Assembly (NCBI RefSeq): GCF_963921235.1
Contig: NC_086097.1
Span: forward strand, 77,936,001-78,000,000
Length of the DNA stretch: 64,000 bases
Origin: Mobula hypostoma
Taxonomy: Eukaryota
Direction of reading: 5' to 3'
The notes under the pieces are model-generated. The model was not told where the DNA came from. It did no database searches and saw only the letters and a program-made list of their open reading frames with translations. The position numbers and the translations under genes were made by a program. Below are positions 61,246-64,000 of this stretch, in pieces. Numbering within the stretch: the stretch's first letter is position 1; every line of letters begins with the position of its first letter.

Positions 61246-64000
61246 TAAGACCATAAGACGTAGGAGCAGAATTAGGCCATCTGGCCCATCGAGTCTGCTC
61301 CGCCAGTCAATTATGGCTGATCATTTTTTTCGATCTTCTCAACCTCAGTTCCCGGACTTCTCCCCGTAACCTTTGATGCCTTGCCCAATCAAGAAACTAT
61401 TAATCTCTGCCTTAAATACGCCCAACAACCTGGCCTCCACAGCTGCATGTGGCAACAAATTCCACAAATTCACCACCTTTTGGCTAAAGAAATTTCTCCG
61501 CATCTGTGTTTTGAAAGGGCGCCCCTCTATCCTGAGACTATGCCCACTTGTCCTACACTCTCCCACCATGGGAAACATCCTTTCCACATCTACTCTGTCT
61601 AGGCGTTTCAACATTCGAAAGGTTTCAATGAGATCCCCTCCCATCCTTCTAAATTCCAGCAAGTACAGGCCCAGAGCCATCAAACGTTCCTCATAATGAT
61701 AACCTTTTCATTCCTGGAATCATCCTTGTGAACATCCTCTGGACCCTCTCCAATGCCAGCACATCTTCTCTAAGATGAGGGGCCCAAAACTGTTCACAGT
61801 ACTCAAGGTGAGGCGTCATCAGTGCCTTATAAAACCTCAGCATCACATTCTTGCTCTTATATTCTAGATTTCTTGAAATGAGTGCTAACATGGCATTTAC
61901 CTTCCTCAGCACTGACTCAACCTGCAAGTTAACTTTCAGGCTGTTCTGCACAAGGACTCCCAATTCCCTCTGCAACTCAGATTCCTGGATTTTCTCCCTG
62001 TTTAGAAAATAATCTGCACAATTATTTCTACTAACAAAGTGCATGACCAGGCATTTTCCAACATTGTATTTCATTTGCCACTTTCTTGCCCATTCTCTTA
62101 ATGTGTCTAAGTCCTTCTGCGTCCTACCTGTTTCCTCAACATTACCTGCCCCTCTGCCAATCTTCATATTATTGTCAAACTTGACAACAAAGCCATCTAC
62201 TTCATTCACTAAATCATTTATATACAGCATAAAAAGAAATGGTCCCAACACTGACCCCTGCAGAACACCACTAGTCACTGGCAGCTGACCAGAAAAGGAT
62301 CCTTTTATTTCCATTCACTGTCTCCTACCAATCAGCCAATGCTCTAACCATGTTAGTAATTTTCCTGTAATAGCATGGGCTCTTAACTTGGTAAGCGCCT
62401 CATGTGTGGCACTTGTCAAAGGCCTTCTGAAAGTCCAAATATACAACATCCGCTGCATCATCTTTATTCTATCCTACTTGTAATCTCCTCAAAGAATTCC
62501 AACAGGTTTGTCAGGCAGGATTTTCCTTGAAGGAAACCATGCTGACTTTGTACTATCTTGTCCTGTGTCACCAAGTACTCCATCACCTCATCCTTAACAA
62601 TTGACTCTGACATATTCCCAACCACTGAAGTCAGGTTAAATGGTCTATAATTCCCGTTCTGTTGCCTTCCTCCTTTCTTAAAGAGTCGAGTAACATTTGC
62701 AATTTTCTAGTCCTCTGGCACCTCGTCAGAGTCCAGTGAGTTTTGAAAGATAATTTCTAATGCCACCACAATCTCTAACGCTGCCTCTTTCAGAACCCTA
62801 GGGTGCAGTTCATCTGGTCCGGGTGACTTATGTACCTTCAGGTCTTTCAGCTTTTTGAGCACCTTCTCTCTTGTAACAGTAACAGTACCCACTTCTCTTC
62901 CTTCACACACTAAAACATCAGGCATATTGTTAGTGTCTTCCACAACAAAGACTAACGCAAAAAACTCACTTAGTTCATCAGCCATCTCCTTTCCCCCCGT
63001 TATTATTGCTCCTGCCTGATTTTCTAGTGGTTCTATATCCACTCTCATTTCTCTTTTATTTTTAACATACTGGAATAAAACTTTTACTATCCACTTTGAT
63101 ATTATTTGCTAACTTACTTTCATATTTCATCTTTTTCCTTCTAATAATTTTTTTAGTTGCTCTCTGTAGGTTTTTAAAAACTTCTTAATCCTCTATCTTC
63201 CCACTATTTTTTGCTTTCTTGTATGCCCTTTCTTTTGCTTTTACAATAGCTTTGACTTCCCTTGTCAGCCATGGTTGTACTATTTTACCATTTGAGTTTT
63301 TCTTTATTTTTGGAATACACATGTCCTGCACCTTCCTCGTTTTTACCGGAAACCCACGTCATTGCTGCTCTGCTGACATCCCTGCCAGGAGTTTCTTCCA
63401 ATTTACTTTGGCCAACTCCTCTCTCATCCCACTGTAATTTCCCTTACTCCACTGAAATACTGCTACATCAGACATTACTTTCTCCCTATCAAATTTCAAG
63501 TTGAACACGATCATATTGTGATCACTGGTTCCTAAGGGTTCTTTTAACTTTGCTCCCTAATCGCCTCCAGTTCATTACATAGCACTAATCCAGTATAGCT
63601 GATCCCCTAGTAGGCTCAAGGACAAACTGCTCTAAAAAGCTATATCCTAGGCATTCAACAAACTCATTCTCTTGAAATCCATTACCAACCTGATTTGCCC
63701 AATGGACCTGCATGTTAAAATCTCCCATGGCTACCATAACATTGCCCTTTTTACTTGCCGTTTCTATTACCTGTTGTAACCTGTGGTCCATCTCCCAGCC
63801 ACTGTTGGGAGGCCTGTATATAACTGCCATCAATGTCCTTTTAACCTTGCAGTTTCTTAACTCAACCCACGAGGATTCAACATCTCCCGATCCTATGTCA
63901 CATCTTTCTACTGATTTGATGCCATTCTTTACCAGTAGAGCCACACCACCCCCTCTGCCTACCTTCCTATCCCTCTGATATTACATTCAGCTCCCAACTA
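61246..64000 (-). mobile_element. Long decayed CR1 LINE ORF2 (endonuclease and RT), running off the window end
   Basis: Minus-strand IYRPPNS, MGDFN, PTRGSAILD, KSPGPDELHPRVLKE, GVLQGSVLGP and LMTPHLEYC motifs; TCTTATGG-type tail at ~61246-61258. Confidence 0.93.

Overview
This is eukaryotic, repeat-dominated genomic DNA in which I could support no host protein-coding gene. The repeat mix (abundant CR1 and Rex1/Babar-type LINEs, V-SINE-type tRNA SINEs, Penelope-like termini) suggests a vertebrate, probably a cartilaginous fish; this is inference. Contents: one full-length but decayed Ty3/Gypsy LTR retrotransposon (5391-9844, 5-bp TSD GATGG) plus solo LTRs; many CR1 copies, including a young 5'-truncated copy with an open 515-aa RT frame and a near-identical inverted copy; Rex1/Babar-type LINEs; a Penelope-like GIY-YIG remnant and several hammerhead-bearing Penelope termini; a decayed Tc1; a deleted hAT; and piggyBac-, mariner-, Charlie- and Blackjack-type MITEs, often nested. 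Most interesting: (1) the Gypsy element has no tRNA primer-binding site but carries a perfect 12-nt complement to its own LTR, a candidate self-priming mechanism, and its RT reads YLDN; (2) a LINE 5' junction carries a 171-bp inverted copy of nearby DNA; (3) minimal hammerhead ribozyme motifs in Penelope termini; (4) a fold-back mariner MITE built from two transposase 3' ends. Boundaries of old fragments are approximate, and family names rest on motif recognition without database searches.
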